Source: Octopus sinensis (Eukaryota). From it: 64,000 nucleotides of DNA. The notes beneath the pieces are model-generated. The model saw only the letters and a list, made by a program, of their open reading frames with translations. It did no database searches and was not told where the DNA came from. Where the stretch lies: NCBI RefSeq assembly GCF_006345805.1, contig NC_043005.1, forward strand, positions 92,318,001 through 92,382,000, in the 5' to 3' direction. Each line of letters opens with the position of its first letter. Position 1 is the first letter of the stretch. Shown piece by piece: positions 14,090 through 26,704 of this stretch. The position numbers were made by a program, and so were the translations under genes.

Positions 14090-14554
14090 TTATTCAAAGG
14101 AATTCCAACTCTGTTTTTTATGTTTTATTTATATTCTTTATAATATTAATGTAGAATGTAGAATATCTAGTATAAATAATATATATATAGTAAAATGAAA
14201 TGAAGTATTGATTGTCTTATTGAATAGATGAAATATTGAATATAAAATATTAAGGGACTGGTATACTTTCTTGCATTATAGCAGTCTTCAAGGTCCCAGC
14301 TTGTGACAGGAGTGTTTCAACTGTTGAAACACTCCTGTCACAAGCTGGGACCTTAAAACTGCTATAATGCAAGAAAGTATACCAGTCCCTTAATATTTTA
14401 TATTCAATATTTCATCTATTCAATAAGACAATCAATACTTCATTTCATTTTATTATATATATATTATTTATACTATATATTCTACATTCTACATTAATAT
14501 TATAAAGAATATAAATAAAACATAAAAAACAGAGTTGGAATTCCTTTGAATAAT
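14090..14554. repeat. Near-perfect ~465-bp palindrome (foldback element) with a degenerate HHR in each arm
   Basis: Centre at 14322 (gtttcaac-t-gttgaaac); arms about 230 bp flanked by TA repeats; GGGAC-CUUGAAGA-CUGC..GCAA-GAAA-GUAUAC-CA-GUCCC at 14254-14297(-) and 14347-14389(+). Confidence 0.8.
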
Positions 14555-14829
14555 ATATATATATATATATACAGCACCGTGTTGGTATCACGTAAAAGCA
14601 TCCAGTTCATGCTGTAAAGTGGTGGCGTTAGGAAGGACATCCACCCACAAAAACCATGCCAAACCAAATGGGTGCCAGACGTAGCCCCTGGCTTGTTGGC
14701 CCCTGTAAACCATCCAACCCATGCTAACATGGAAAACAGACGTTAAATGATGGTGATGATGATATGCATATATATACATGCACATATTATGTATATATTT
14801 ATATGTCGATGTATATATGTATATATATA

Positions 14830-15545
14830 AATGCTCTGAAAGTGTAGCTGCTAAAATAAGAATAGCCTGGACAAAGTTCAGAGAGCTCTTACCTCTGCAC
14901 CTCTGCTGGTGACAAAGGGGTCTCTAGCTCAGAGTAAAAGGTAAACTGTATGATGCATGTGTATAAACAGCCCATACTACATGGCAGTGAAACATGGGCC
15001 GTGACTGCTGAGGACATGCGTAAGTTTGCAAGAAATGAAGCCAGTATGCTCTGATGGATGTGTAATGTCAGTGTGCATACACGACAGAGTGTAAGTCCCT
15101 TGAGAGAAAATTTGGACCTAAGAAGCATCAGATGTGACGACTGCGCTGGTATGGTCATGTGGTGAGAATGGATGAAGATAGCTGTGTGAAAAAGTGCCAC
15201 ATCCTAGCGATTGAGGGAAGCTGTGGAAGAGGTAGACTCAAGAAGACCTGGGATGCGGTGGTGAAGCGCGACCTTCGAACATTAGGCCTCACAAAGGCAA
15301 TAATTAGTGACCAAGACCTTTGGAGATATGCTGTGCTTGAGAAGACCCGGCAAGCCAAGTGAGACCATAACCCATGGCCTATGCCAGGGGCGTAACCAGC
15401 TCACTTATGTGCACCTTTCCTTCATTGGACACTAAACTTTGCTTGCAAAGACTTGTTGAAGCAAGTGAAATCGAAATCAAATTTGATGACAGCACCGCAT
15501 GACTGGTATCTGTGCTAAGAGCACCATCCGAGCATGTTCGTTCCA
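14830..15545 (+). mobile_element. RTE LINE 3' fragment (decayed)
   Basis: Same family; ORF 15159-15362. Confidence 0.9.
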
Positions 15546-15589
15546 TAAAAACCATGGTAGGTTGGAGACCAAGAGCAAAAAGAGTTCCA

Positions 15590-15797
15590 CAAAATCAAAT
15601 CAAACATACCTATGGCCATTTCATGAATTCATTGCTGCAGTTTGATTACGAGTTAAAGTGCATCTCGACAATGACCCCCTCATGTTGAGGTTCCTATTCA
15701 TCCTGATGAGGGTGGTATTGCCGAGATGCACTTTAACTTGTAATCAAACTGTCGCAAGAACTCTTGAAATGGCCATAGGTGTGTTTGACTTGATTTT
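15590..15797. repeat. Imperfect inverted repeat with arms of about 90 bp
   Basis: aaaatcaa..caaacatacctatggccatttca...gttaaagtgcatctcg pairs with cgagatgcactttaac...tgaaatggccataggtgtgtttg..ttgatttt. Confidence 0.7.
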
Positions 15798-17456
15798 AAA
15801 TAGAGAACTGTATTATGAACTTTTTTGACGTACTTTTTTGTTTGAGAGGAGTAAGAAAAATTTTTAGTCAATTGATATTTTATTTTATTTAGATTTTTAG
15901 TCGCATGACACACTTTAGAAGTTTTAGTCAGTTGTACATACCTTCTTGATAGACCGTCCTATATATCTGTATTTTTATTCACATATATATTTGTTAGCTT
16001 CTGTGTTTTTATATATGTATACTTTATATGTTTAAGATCCATGGTAATATTTATATATGATCAAATGTCTGGAGGTGTGGTGTTATACATAAAGTTGTTG
16101 ACTCGAATTTGATGTTTGTACTCTGATCAATGTTTTATTTATATATATATACACAAACACACATAAATATACATACATATATATATACACACACACACAC
16201 ATAAATATACATACATACATACATACATACATACATAAATGTATGTATGTATGTATGTATGTATGTGTATATGTATACACATTTGTTTGTGTGTGTGTGT
16301 ATGTGAATATGTGTCTATACATAGATGAGCTACCATTTCCACAACTAGTCTATTTAGCTATCAAAATGCTGAAAACCGGTTTGCTAAGCTACCAAACTTT
16401 AAAGCATAGATTCTGAATAAAATATTTACCACTCAGCACAAAAATATCTCTTTGTTAATATATAATATAATAGGGGGAAAACAAAACCTATAATCTAAGT
16501 GAGGGTGAATGTCTAGGAACAAAAGTCAATCAATATTAAGTTCAGAAAACTGATATAAAGTTTATTTGATATGTGAATAGTGGAATATGTTTTGATTCAT
16601 TTCTATAGTCTTTTATATGAGGGTGAAAAAAAAAAGGACTAAAACTGATATTGAGGGATTGATTTGGTAGAGAGGAGGATTAACAAGCAAGAGGCATAGT
16701 ATGAGATGTTGAGAAACTGAAGATGAGAGATGATGAAAGAGAAAGGTTAGAAAGTTGGATGAGAAGATAGATACATATATCCTTTTTGCAGCAGGATTAA
16801 GCATTGAGGATGACAGAAACATCTGGCCCTGAGTTCCATCTGACTCAGCAGGGCTTGTGCTGCTCTGTAGGGGTTCTGTTGCTGATGGGTGAGCCAATGC
16901 AGCTCTGGCATAGTGGTGGAAGGGGGTGAAAAACCTACAGAATTGCTTCACATCCAGATGAGACATCAACTCCTGCATATTATTGTTTATGATTTATTCA
17001 TGTATGTAAAACTTTGTAAGCAGGTGTGTATATTTAGGTGTGTTTTCTTCAGGTCATGGGATTGTTTTTAGTGGTTCACAAAAAGGATGTATGTAGGTCT
17101 AGGAAGTGTTAGTAGTTTTAGTTATTTTTGGTTTTATTGAATTTAATCCTTTACTTTGACAATATAGAGGTCAAAGGTTCAAAATCTAGTATTTAAAAAC
17201 TTAATAATTGGGTATGACAATTTTCTTTTGTTATAGAATATTTTAAGGGTTCAGTAAAGAATGTAAGTAGGTGGTATGTTTTACTTGTTGTCATTTAGGG
17301 TATTTCCTCTTTATATTTGGAAGGCAGGGATTGTTAATCTGGCATGTCATGGTGTTGTTAGTATAGAAATATGTTTATCTTGTGCTTTGATGTTCACAAG
17401 GGGATATGAATAGTTGTAAAGGTTGTTGCTCTGTGCATTTCTCTCTAGGAGTCATT

Positions 17457-17709
17457 GTTGACTTATTTATTCCTTTAACAAAAACGAGAACCTTAATAAC
17501 ATACATATATACATTATAATTCAATACATATAAGATACAATTATAAAACTCCATAGGTTGAAACAGCTGTAAGGAGTGATTTTAATGATTTCAATAATTT
17601 ATATTAAGATTTTTATAATTGTATTCTTATCATATATGTATTGAATTATAATGTTTGTATGTATGTTATTAAGGTTCTCATTTTTGTTAAATGAATAAAT
17701 AAGTCAACA
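17457..17709. repeat. Inverted repeat (arms about 95 bp) whose spacer holds the 3' half of an HHR
   Basis: gttgacttatttatt...aataaataagtcaac arms; spacer contains GAAACAGCTGTA, as in the 35.9-kb HHR. Confidence 0.6.
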
Positions 17710-18203
17710 TTCTAATATCCTAAAGCTGATAAACCAACTAAATTGCTTCTCCATTTTCTTATTTGTATTATAAATTAATGGTAAAATATTTCTTTACCTT
17801 CACCCATTTAATACAATAAACAAGTTAATTGCATTGCAATTAAAAACACTTGCGTATTAAGAATTTGGGTAGTATACCAACAGTATATTGGATAAATATT
17901 ATCCCTTAGTGGGTTGGATCCACAACCCCTAACTTACTTGGTAAATATATATGTATGTATGTATGTATGTATATATGTACGTACGTACGTATGTATGTAT
18001 TACTCCTTCCAGTCAATGGGCTGCAACCACACTGGGGAACTGCCCTGAAGTCTTTTAGTCAAACAAATCAACCCAAACACTTACTTTTTACAGCCTGGTA
18101 CTTATTCTGTTAGTTTCTTTTGTTAAACCACTAAGTTATGCTGATGTAAACCAACCAACACCAGTTATCAAGTACTGGTGGGAAACAAACACAAATACAC
18201 ACA

Positions 18204-18234
<31 letters not shown>

Positions 18235-19114
18235 AATGATGGGCTTCTTTCTGTTTTCATCAGAGCCATACAATAGGATTGAACCTGGAACCATCTGATT
18301 GAGAAGAAAAACTCTTACCATATAACCATGCCTGTGCCAATAACAGACAGACAGGCAGGCAGACAGACAGATATACACATCTGTGAGTGTATAGAGTTCA
18401 AAATTACAGTCAATAAATTCATCACTAAATCAATAAAGTATATTCCTACACACAGCAATGAATAAATGAATGAATGAATGAATGAATGAATGAATATATG
18501 TTTGTATGTGTGTATGTATGTATGTATGTATGTATGTATGTGTGTATGTGTGTATGTGTGTGTGTATGTATGTATGTATGTATGTATGTATGTGTGTGTG
18601 TGTATGTATGTATGTATGTATGCATGCATGCATGTATATATGTATGTACATACATACATATGCATGTTTGTATACACACATACACAGAAGGTGTGAGTGA
18701 GAGAGTGAGAGAATAGAATCTAAAAAACAGATATTCGTCATCGTCGTCATTTAATGTCTGTTTTCCATGCTAGCATGGGTTGAACGATTTGACTGAGGGC
18801 TGGCAAACCAGATGGCTGCACCCGGCTCCAATCTTGATCTGGCAGAGTTTCTACAGCTGGATGCCCTTCTTAACGCCAACCACTCCGAGATTGTAGTGAG
18901 TGCTTTTATGTGCCACCGGCATGGGGCCAGTCAGGCGGTACTGGCAACGACCTTGCTCAAATCTTTTGTCAAATATTTAAGTAATATATATGGAAGAAAA
19001 CTCAGAACAACAATATGTTGTAAATGGTTATTCATTTAAATTATAAGTTTTGATTCACTTAAATAATATCCAATTGTGACACGACTGATCCTGAGAAAGA
19101 ATTGTAATACTTAC

Positions 19115-19159
19115 AAGCACCAAAATGCTGTTCACAAATAATGCATATTTTGCCAACAT
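19115..19159 (-). CDS. Tetraspanin (TspanC8-like) coding exon 1: MLAKYALFVNSILVL; the exon including 5'UTR spans 19115-19245
   Basis: ATG at 19159; KY-x-LF start of TM1; GTAAGT donor; CAG acceptor at 19248-19246; 45 nt, phase 0, in frame with the next exon. Confidence 0.8.
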
Positions 19160-20009
19160 TTTGCCTTCGTATTTTTCACCACTTTACATTGGTAACATCT
19201 ATTAAGTGATCTTTTACTCTTTAAACTGGAGTACAACCATCTTTCCTGGAATAATACAATAGAGAGACTTTATTTTGAAATATTCGATTATGATGCATAA
19301 GAAGAGGGCAAGATTAATATATCAATATGATTTTTAATTCTAAGGTCTTTTTTTTATTAAAAGAAGACTTTCCCAAAACTTACAGCCTTCTGCAAGTGTT
19401 AGAAAATATTTAGTTTTACTGTTCTATGTTCTAAGTCCTAATCCTGCTATGAGTGACTGCTTTTAATTCTTTCTTTGCAGTTGATCCATGATCACAATGT
19501 TTCATCTGTGACCATCCCATGATTTTATAAAGCTGGAAATACATTGTCATTTGTTTTTGTTGCATCTCAAGAGAGTCATTATGTTAATAATACATACTAG
19601 TTCTATTTCATTTCTTTCAATAGTTAATTATTTAATCAATTAACGCATTCAGTCAGTGAATCAATCATCTAGGTTTGTCAAAGTCCTTTGTCATCATTCA
19701 CAACCGCATCAATGAACTCATCCTCTCTATTTAAGGTCTATTTCAGACCAGATTACTATTGGCATAATGACCTTCCCAAAATACAAAATCTGTTTCAACA
19801 CATGAGTTCACATCAAGAATCTTGCAAACCAAATAAATGTAGTCTACACATGCTGAATGGAAGACAACCTTCCACGGAGAGCAGGAACTTTAAATAAAAA
19901 CCGATACAGAGTAGAAGGAACACTTAACAAAGAGTGCCTCTGTGATCCCAACAGATAACTATGATTAATATCAACCGTCCACTGAATACCTTTCCTCCAG
20001 GAAAGGTAT

Positions 20010-20835
20010 TTAGTGGACACTGATGAACAAGCTGGAGGACTTGGACTACGCAGATGATCTCACACTACTGTCACATCGCCTGCAAGACATGCAAGATAAG
20101 GTTAGACCACCTGATAGAAACTTCACGGCAAGTGAACTTGAGGATCAGCCGGGAAAAGACAAAAGTGCTGAGTAGCAACAACAAGCAGGAAGAGCTAATC
20201 ACAATCGAGGGGGCACCTGTGGAGGACGTTAGTGAGTTTGACTATCTTGGTAGCAAGATCAGCAAATCAGGTGGATCAGACAAGGACATCACGGCAAGAA
20301 GCAAGAAGGCTTGGCAAGCCTTCACTATTCTTCGGCCAGTATGGAAGTTCACTGCCATCTCAACTCAAACTAAACTCTGCTTATTTAGTTCAAACTTAAA
20401 ATCTGTGCTTTTGTATGGCTCTGAAACATGGAGAGCCACCTGCAGTAACTACAAGAAGATCCAGACCTTCATCAACAAATGTCTCCGGCTGATCCTCCAT
20501 CTGAAGTGGTTCGACAGAGTGCCAAACACCGACCTGTGGGAAAGGGCCAACCAGGAGCCCATACATATTCAGATTAGACAAAGGAAATGGAGATGGATCG
20601 AACACACACTGCGGAAAGAATCCTCAAAGGTGACATGACAAGCACTTGACTGAAACCCGCAGGGGAAAAGGAAACGAGGATGCCCAAAGCAGACATGGAG
20701 CGGAGCATTTTGGATGAGCTCAGGACCACCGGCCTAACATGGGAAGCAGCCAAGAAACACGGCAATGACTGCAAAAAGTGGAAAACAACTATTGAGGCCC
20801 TATGCTCCACAAGGGGCAAAATAAATTAAGAAGAA
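20010..20835 (+). mobile_element. RTE-like LINE 3' fragment, second family
   Basis: LDYADD, FDYLGSKI, LLYGSETW and RKWRWIEHTLRK in or next to ORF 20054-20638. Confidence 0.85.
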
Positions 20836-21414
20836 GAATATCAACCATATCATGGTAACAACCATTATTCCCAGAGCTCCTTGTCAACCATGGTGAATCC
20901 CTTACTAGCCAAACCTTCTCTCAACAATGAAGAGACATGTCTAGGAGAATAGAAACTCTGAATAAAATCTATGTAGAGAGAAGAGATGCCTTGGACCTTC
21001 TACAGACAATAACTCTAGAACTGGTGACAAGATAAAATATACCTAATTCATACTAATAGTGGTTGGTGAGAGAAAGATTATCATCATCTGTAAAAACCAT
21101 GCCAAAAGCATGACATACTCAACAACAAAGATGGATGGTTTACTTTGTAGTTGAGTGTGCGTGTAAAATTATAACAATGATGTACACATACACACACACA
21201 CACATATCCTGATCATCATCATTTTTTGCACCATGTTATCTGCACATACAACACCAAAAAAAAAACCAACAACTTCTTGTGTCTTATTATGCAGATTGGG
21301 TAGTGGGTGTATTTTATCATACTGTCTCTACTACTGAGGTGAACTAAAATTAGAGAGCCCCTTCTATATATATATATATAATCAAAATAAGCAACAAGGA
21401 TATCCAGAGGTAAT

Positions 21415-21499
21415 GCAGAACGATCATTTCATGCGACTCCATTTAATTGAACAATGCAAACATTACATCAATTTAAAATGTAGAGCAATCTTCAGCTGC
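21415..21499 (-). ncRNA. Type I HHR with long helix II, partly decayed
   Basis: GCAG-CUGAAGA-UUGC..(long)..GCAU-GAAA-UGAUCG-UU/CUGC; element end abuts (TA)n at 21380. Confidence 0.55.
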
Positions 21500-21517
21500 G
21501 CAAAGATATAGAATATA

Positions 21518-21730
21518 AAGTTAATCCAAACATGAAAATGCAAAGAGAAAACACAACAACATGAGGACGTGGAACAAATATAGTGTTATTGGATGCTCAG
21601 GAAAGGAAAGAAAGAATGAGGATTTAATGTTTCAAGCGGAGCTCTTCATCAGAAACATAGAAAAAGGAAAGATCCAAGGAAGGGAAGACGAAGGGAGAAA
21701 AATCGCTAACGATACACACGTGGTCACATA
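21518..21730 (-). mobile_element. Penelope-like pLTR fragment with a minimal HHR at 21622-21656
   Basis: GUUU-CUGAUGA-A-GAGC-UCC-GCUU-GAAA-CAUU-AAAU; homologous to 44630-44840. Confidence 0.6.
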
Positions 21731-22953
21731 TAGTTTTGTCAGTGAACAGGTAGCAGTCTCAGAGCGACGAAAATATTTTGACAAATTAAATTTAAATGTT
21801 GAAGTGAATCTAACGGTTTTTATGTGTTTCTTAATTGGCTTATAAACACCTTCCATGCTGCAATTGTTTTCGTTCCAGCACACGGTCTCAGATCAGGTCA
21901 CTTGCTGTGCAAGTACATCTCCGTAAAAATATATATATATATATAATGGTTATATGTGCATCAAGTAAATTACAGGAAGAAAATATTATTAGTTGATACA
22001 GCCTTTATTTTACTGTTACAATGTAAGATACAACTTGTCTGAGTTGTTGTTATGCACAAATTAGCTTTAGTTCTATTGTCGATTTTGTAGGTATAGTTAA
22101 GTTCATTTGTGAGTGACTGCTAGGAAAAAGATGGAAGAAGGAGAAAGAAAGAGTTAAAGAATTTGCCTCTCTGTGTTGACAAGTAAAGAGGGTGGAAGTT
22201 GTGGAGTCCCACAGAGGCTAGCCATACGTGAAGTGCTCCTTTTTTACCAGAGGCCAAGTGAAAAAGGTAGAACTAAATTTGAGTTCTGTATTTAAATTTT
22301 TTTCTAACTGAATAAGGTCAGGCTAAACAAAGGATTTTTCATTTGTTATCTGCTTTGACCTAAGCTTGATTTGAAAAGATCAGAGGTTGAGGGTTGACTC
22401 TCATAAAGTTTTTTGTGCCGATGTTGAGAAAAATAAAAAGGAACTTGTTGAAAATGTAAGTTAAGTTTCGAAACTTGGCTAGGAATCTAGGAAGTTATTT
22501 GCTAGGTAGCTTGCTTACCAACTACATGGGTTCAGTCCCACTGCGTGGCACCTTGGGCAAGTGTCTTCTACTATAGCCTCGGGCTGACCAGTGCCTTGTG
22601 AGTGGATTTTGTTGTTTGTACCTTCTTGAGCCATGCCTGGCCCATAAGGGCTGGTTTTCTGGTTTCCATGGCATATATGTTCCCCACCTGGACGGGACGC
22701 CAGTCCATCGCAGGTGAGCTACTTGATGCAGGAGGAAAGAGTGAGAGAAAGTTGTGGCAAAAGAGTCAGCAGAAGTTTGCCATTACCTTCTGCCGGAGCC
22801 GTGTGGAGCTTAGGTGTTTCGCTCATAAACACACACATCGCCCAGTCTGAGATTCAAATCCGCGATACCTCAAGCATGAGTCCGCTGCTCTAACCACTAG
22901 GCCATGTGCCTCTACTTGTGAGTGGATTTGGTAGATGGAAACTGAAAGAAGCC

Positions 22954-23008
<55 letters not shown>

Positions 23009-23961
23009 CATCATCGTTCGTTTAACGTACGCTTTATATATATATATATGTATATATATCTATGTGTGTGTTTGTGTGTCTGTGTTTGACTCCCAACATC
23101 ACTTGACAACTGATGTTGGTGTGTTTACATCCCTGTAACTAAACAAGTCGCCAAAAGAGACCAATAGAATAAGTACCAGGCTTGGGGAAAATATAACAAA
23201 TACTGGTATTTATTCGTTTGACTAAACCCTTCAAGGCAGTACCCCAGCATGGCAGTGCTCCAGTTCAATGGCTGAAACAAGTAAAAGATAAAAGAAACAC
23301 ATTGAAGAATAAATCCCTGTTGACTGAATATAATTTTAGTAGAATCTTTTTCAACAAATACCTGTGCATAGAAGCTATGTCCAAGAGAGATATCCTCAGT
23401 AGTAAATGAGAAGACATTTTGAGAATTAACCAGGTTTCTGCAGTGAAAAGAAGTTGAAAAGAATTGGAATATAAGAATTGGAATGTTAGAATATAAGAAT
23501 TCTAATGTAAGGTGATATTATGCAATATATTCTAACAATTTCTGATTTCTATTACTTGTTTCTTTCACTGGACTGTGGCCATGCTGGACACCATCTTGAA
23601 GGGTTTTAGTCAAACAAAATAATCCTATTACATTTGTTTTATAAGTCTGGTATTTATTCTAGCGGTATCTTTTTCGCCAAACTGCTAAGTTATAAAACAT
23701 GGAGAACCTGACTCTGGTTGTCAAGTGATTGTGGGGAAAGACATCACACACACATGACAAGCATCTTTCCCTGTCAAATACACTCATAATGCTTTGGTTA
23801 GTCCAGGTATAGTAGAACGTACCACACAGTGGGACTGAACAAAACCATCTTGAAATATATAATAATTCACCTTAAAATAATATAAAATAATACTTAAAAA
23901 TGAATTATAATAGTGATTTTAAATACAATTTTACAATAGCCAGTTACGTGTGAGGTAAGGG

Positions 23962-24004
23962 ATTGCCGATGAGACTGCAAATACAGCTGAAACTATAGTC
24001 CAGT
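23962..24004 (+). ncRNA. Minimal type I HHR (U4C variant)
   Basis: AUUG-CCGAUGA-GACUG-CAAAUA-CAGCU-GAAA-CUAUAG-UC/CAGU; palindromic helix III, GUC triplet. Confidence 0.6.
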
Positions 24005-24685
24005 AATCTTTTCTGCCCCTGGTTGAAGCATATAAACATGATAGTCATACATGACTTTTCGTTATAATTAGTTTGTTAAAACAGTGACAGCAAAAATTTG
24101 TGGACTTATCCCATAATAAAGTCAAATGTTATGCAACTATAAGAGAAATTTTAGAATATAAGAATGTCTGTCCATCAAAGATATTTCCCATGGAGGAATT
24201 GAACTTGTTATTGCAAACGGTAAAAGCAGCATCATACTGGCAGAATCATTAGCACATTGGGCAAAATGCCAAGTGACATTTTGTTTGTTCTTACACTCTG
24301 AGTTCAAATGCTGCCAGGGTTGATTTTGCCTTTCATCCTTTTGGGGTCGACAAAGCAAGTACCATTTGAGCACTGGAGTCAATCTAATCAACCCCATGCT
24401 CCGAAATTGCACCATTTGAGCGTGATCGTTACCAACATTACCTTACTGGCCCCCGTGCTGGTGGCACGTAAAAAGCACCCACTACACTCTCGGAGTGGTT
24501 GGCGTTAGGAAGGGCATCCAGCTGTAGAAACTCTGCCAGATCAAGATTGGAGCCTGGTGCAGCCATCTGGTTCGCCAGCCCTCAGTCAAAATCGTCCAAC
24601 CCATGCTAGCATGGAAAGCAGACGTTAAACGATGATGATGATGTGCCAAAATTTGAAAACAAGTAGTGGTGGTGGGGGAGTAGTG

Positions 24686-24743
<58 letters not shown>

Positions 24744-25539
24744 CAAAACACATTGCAGTAGTTTGTGAATGTTGATGTGTCTGTGCAGAATTTGGACAAC
24801 CCTTCAACATGTAAGGGAGCATAAAAACTACAGTTTAACTACTAAATAGGTTTGCGGTCATCAATATGTTAGGCTAATCCTTTTGAGAAACACAGTGCAT
24901 GGGACAGATGCTTAACTCTAGCTTCTATATAACCTCCAAGTGAACAAGCCAGCAAAATAACTTCTATGCAGTCACTCAACCTGCTAGAAATAGCAGCATA
25001 ATCTTCCTTGAATCAAATCCCACTGTCTTAAATAAGGAAGGATACATTGAATAATGTAATACTAGATACAGAATGGTCATGACAGGAATGCTTCTGACCA
25101 CAGGTTTGACTATGAGACAATAATTCAAGTAGCTGCAATAGAATGCTAAGTAGAGAAGGCAAAGTGGCTGAATGGTTAAGGTACTAGATTCCATACCTAT
25201 GAGTTACAGGTTCTAAACTGCTACAAGAATTATATCATGTTTCTGAACACTAGCTTCTGGGAATAATTGTGGTACAAGATCATACAGGAATGCTATCTAT
25301 CACCTAGGAATGCCCCAACCTATCCAATGAGAGATTTATTTCTTACCCACTTCATTCCAAGAAACTAGAAGTAAGTATTAGCTTTCAGTGCCTCAGAGAA
25401 ATAAATAAATATAAATATATTATTGCATTTTTACATATTCCATATTACATGTTCTTAAAAAACAAAAACATGGAACCAACTTCTAGCAGCTAAATATACT
25501 AAAATAACAGTGAATTCAGAGTCCACAATGAAAGAACAT

Positions 25540-25672
25540 TACTTTGAAATATACTTGAAACTTCTTTGAAATTACTTTGAAAGTAACTTGAAATTACTTT
25601 GAAATTATTTCGAAAACTTGAAATTACTTTGAAAAAACTTTGAAAAACTTGAAATTACTTTGAAATATACTT
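25540..25672. repeat. Minisatellite of ~11-bp units (ttgaaattact)
   Basis: About a dozen degenerate copies. Confidence 0.85.
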
Positions 25673-26673
25673 CTACACAATGAAACAACATGATGTAATT
25701 TTGATATCTCATATTGCCAAAATCAAATGTCATCCAGTTACACATAGACACGTGCCATGGAACGTAGCTGAAGATAAACATTAAATAAGTAGTGAACCAT
25801 GTCTTGTGAGGGGTGGGGGAGTCCGGTTTGCTGGACAGTGTTGTGGAGCTGAGGGCGAGGTGGTTTCTGCTCTTCTCCTCTGGAGGCCATCTGCCCGTGG
25901 TGCCGGAGGGCGCACACTCTCCTGCCCTGATGTGGTCTCCAGGGATGCAGGCATCCAGCAGCAGGACCTCCGTGGTGCTGTGATGGACCGTGAGGTCTGG
26001 TGTAACATAGTAAATTCCATTGTCTCAACCACGGTCAAACAATGATGATGATGTCTGTAACCCGGTTTCAGTTACCCATTAGAACCATATCACTTGCTTT
26101 ACATTGTTGCTAATGTCAATGAGAAAGGAATTACTGTGATACAATATAATCTCCTTTCCAAATTTCATACAACAGACAATGCATGTCTAAAACTGACATT
26201 GCTTCAAGCCTACAAGGGAGTCCCTGTGTTATCATTCATCTTGAGGATAAGAAAGCCAAATTCCTCTCAAATTACGGCCTACTGTATCAAAAAAGTAAAG
26301 AACATATTGGACAATGCGACACTAGATTGCAGTGTCTGATGGGTAGGTGTGGGTGGGGGGGAGATAGGAGGGTCGGAGATCTCCACAATGAGAACTGGCC
26401 AGGATTCCAGCAGCCTTAAACTAATGTTGCTTTTGACAAATACCAAGAGCAAATATTTTGTAGGGTAAATTTTAATCAACCAAAGCATGTTATTGGTATC
26501 TCATAAATTTAAAATTTCTAATGGAAATAAAGATACCTCAGTAATATGAAAGATAAAATTGTCCGAGTGTGATTTGAACTTGTTGAGAGATTGTATAAGT
26601 GCACGAGTATCTTTGTGATTGGGATACATTAAACAGAAAGACAGAAAAACATCTAATCAAGATTAATACAAAC

Positions 26674-26704
<31 letters not shown>

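Noticed and set aside
15700-15730. CTGATGAG in the spacer of an inverted repeat as a possible HHR
   Set aside because: It is followed by GAGA instead of GAAA, and helix III and the UH triplet cannot be built.
25540-25672. CRISPR-like regular repeats ending in TTGAAA
   Set aside because: There are no unique spacers and no cas genes, and the context is eukaryotic; it is a simple minisatellite.
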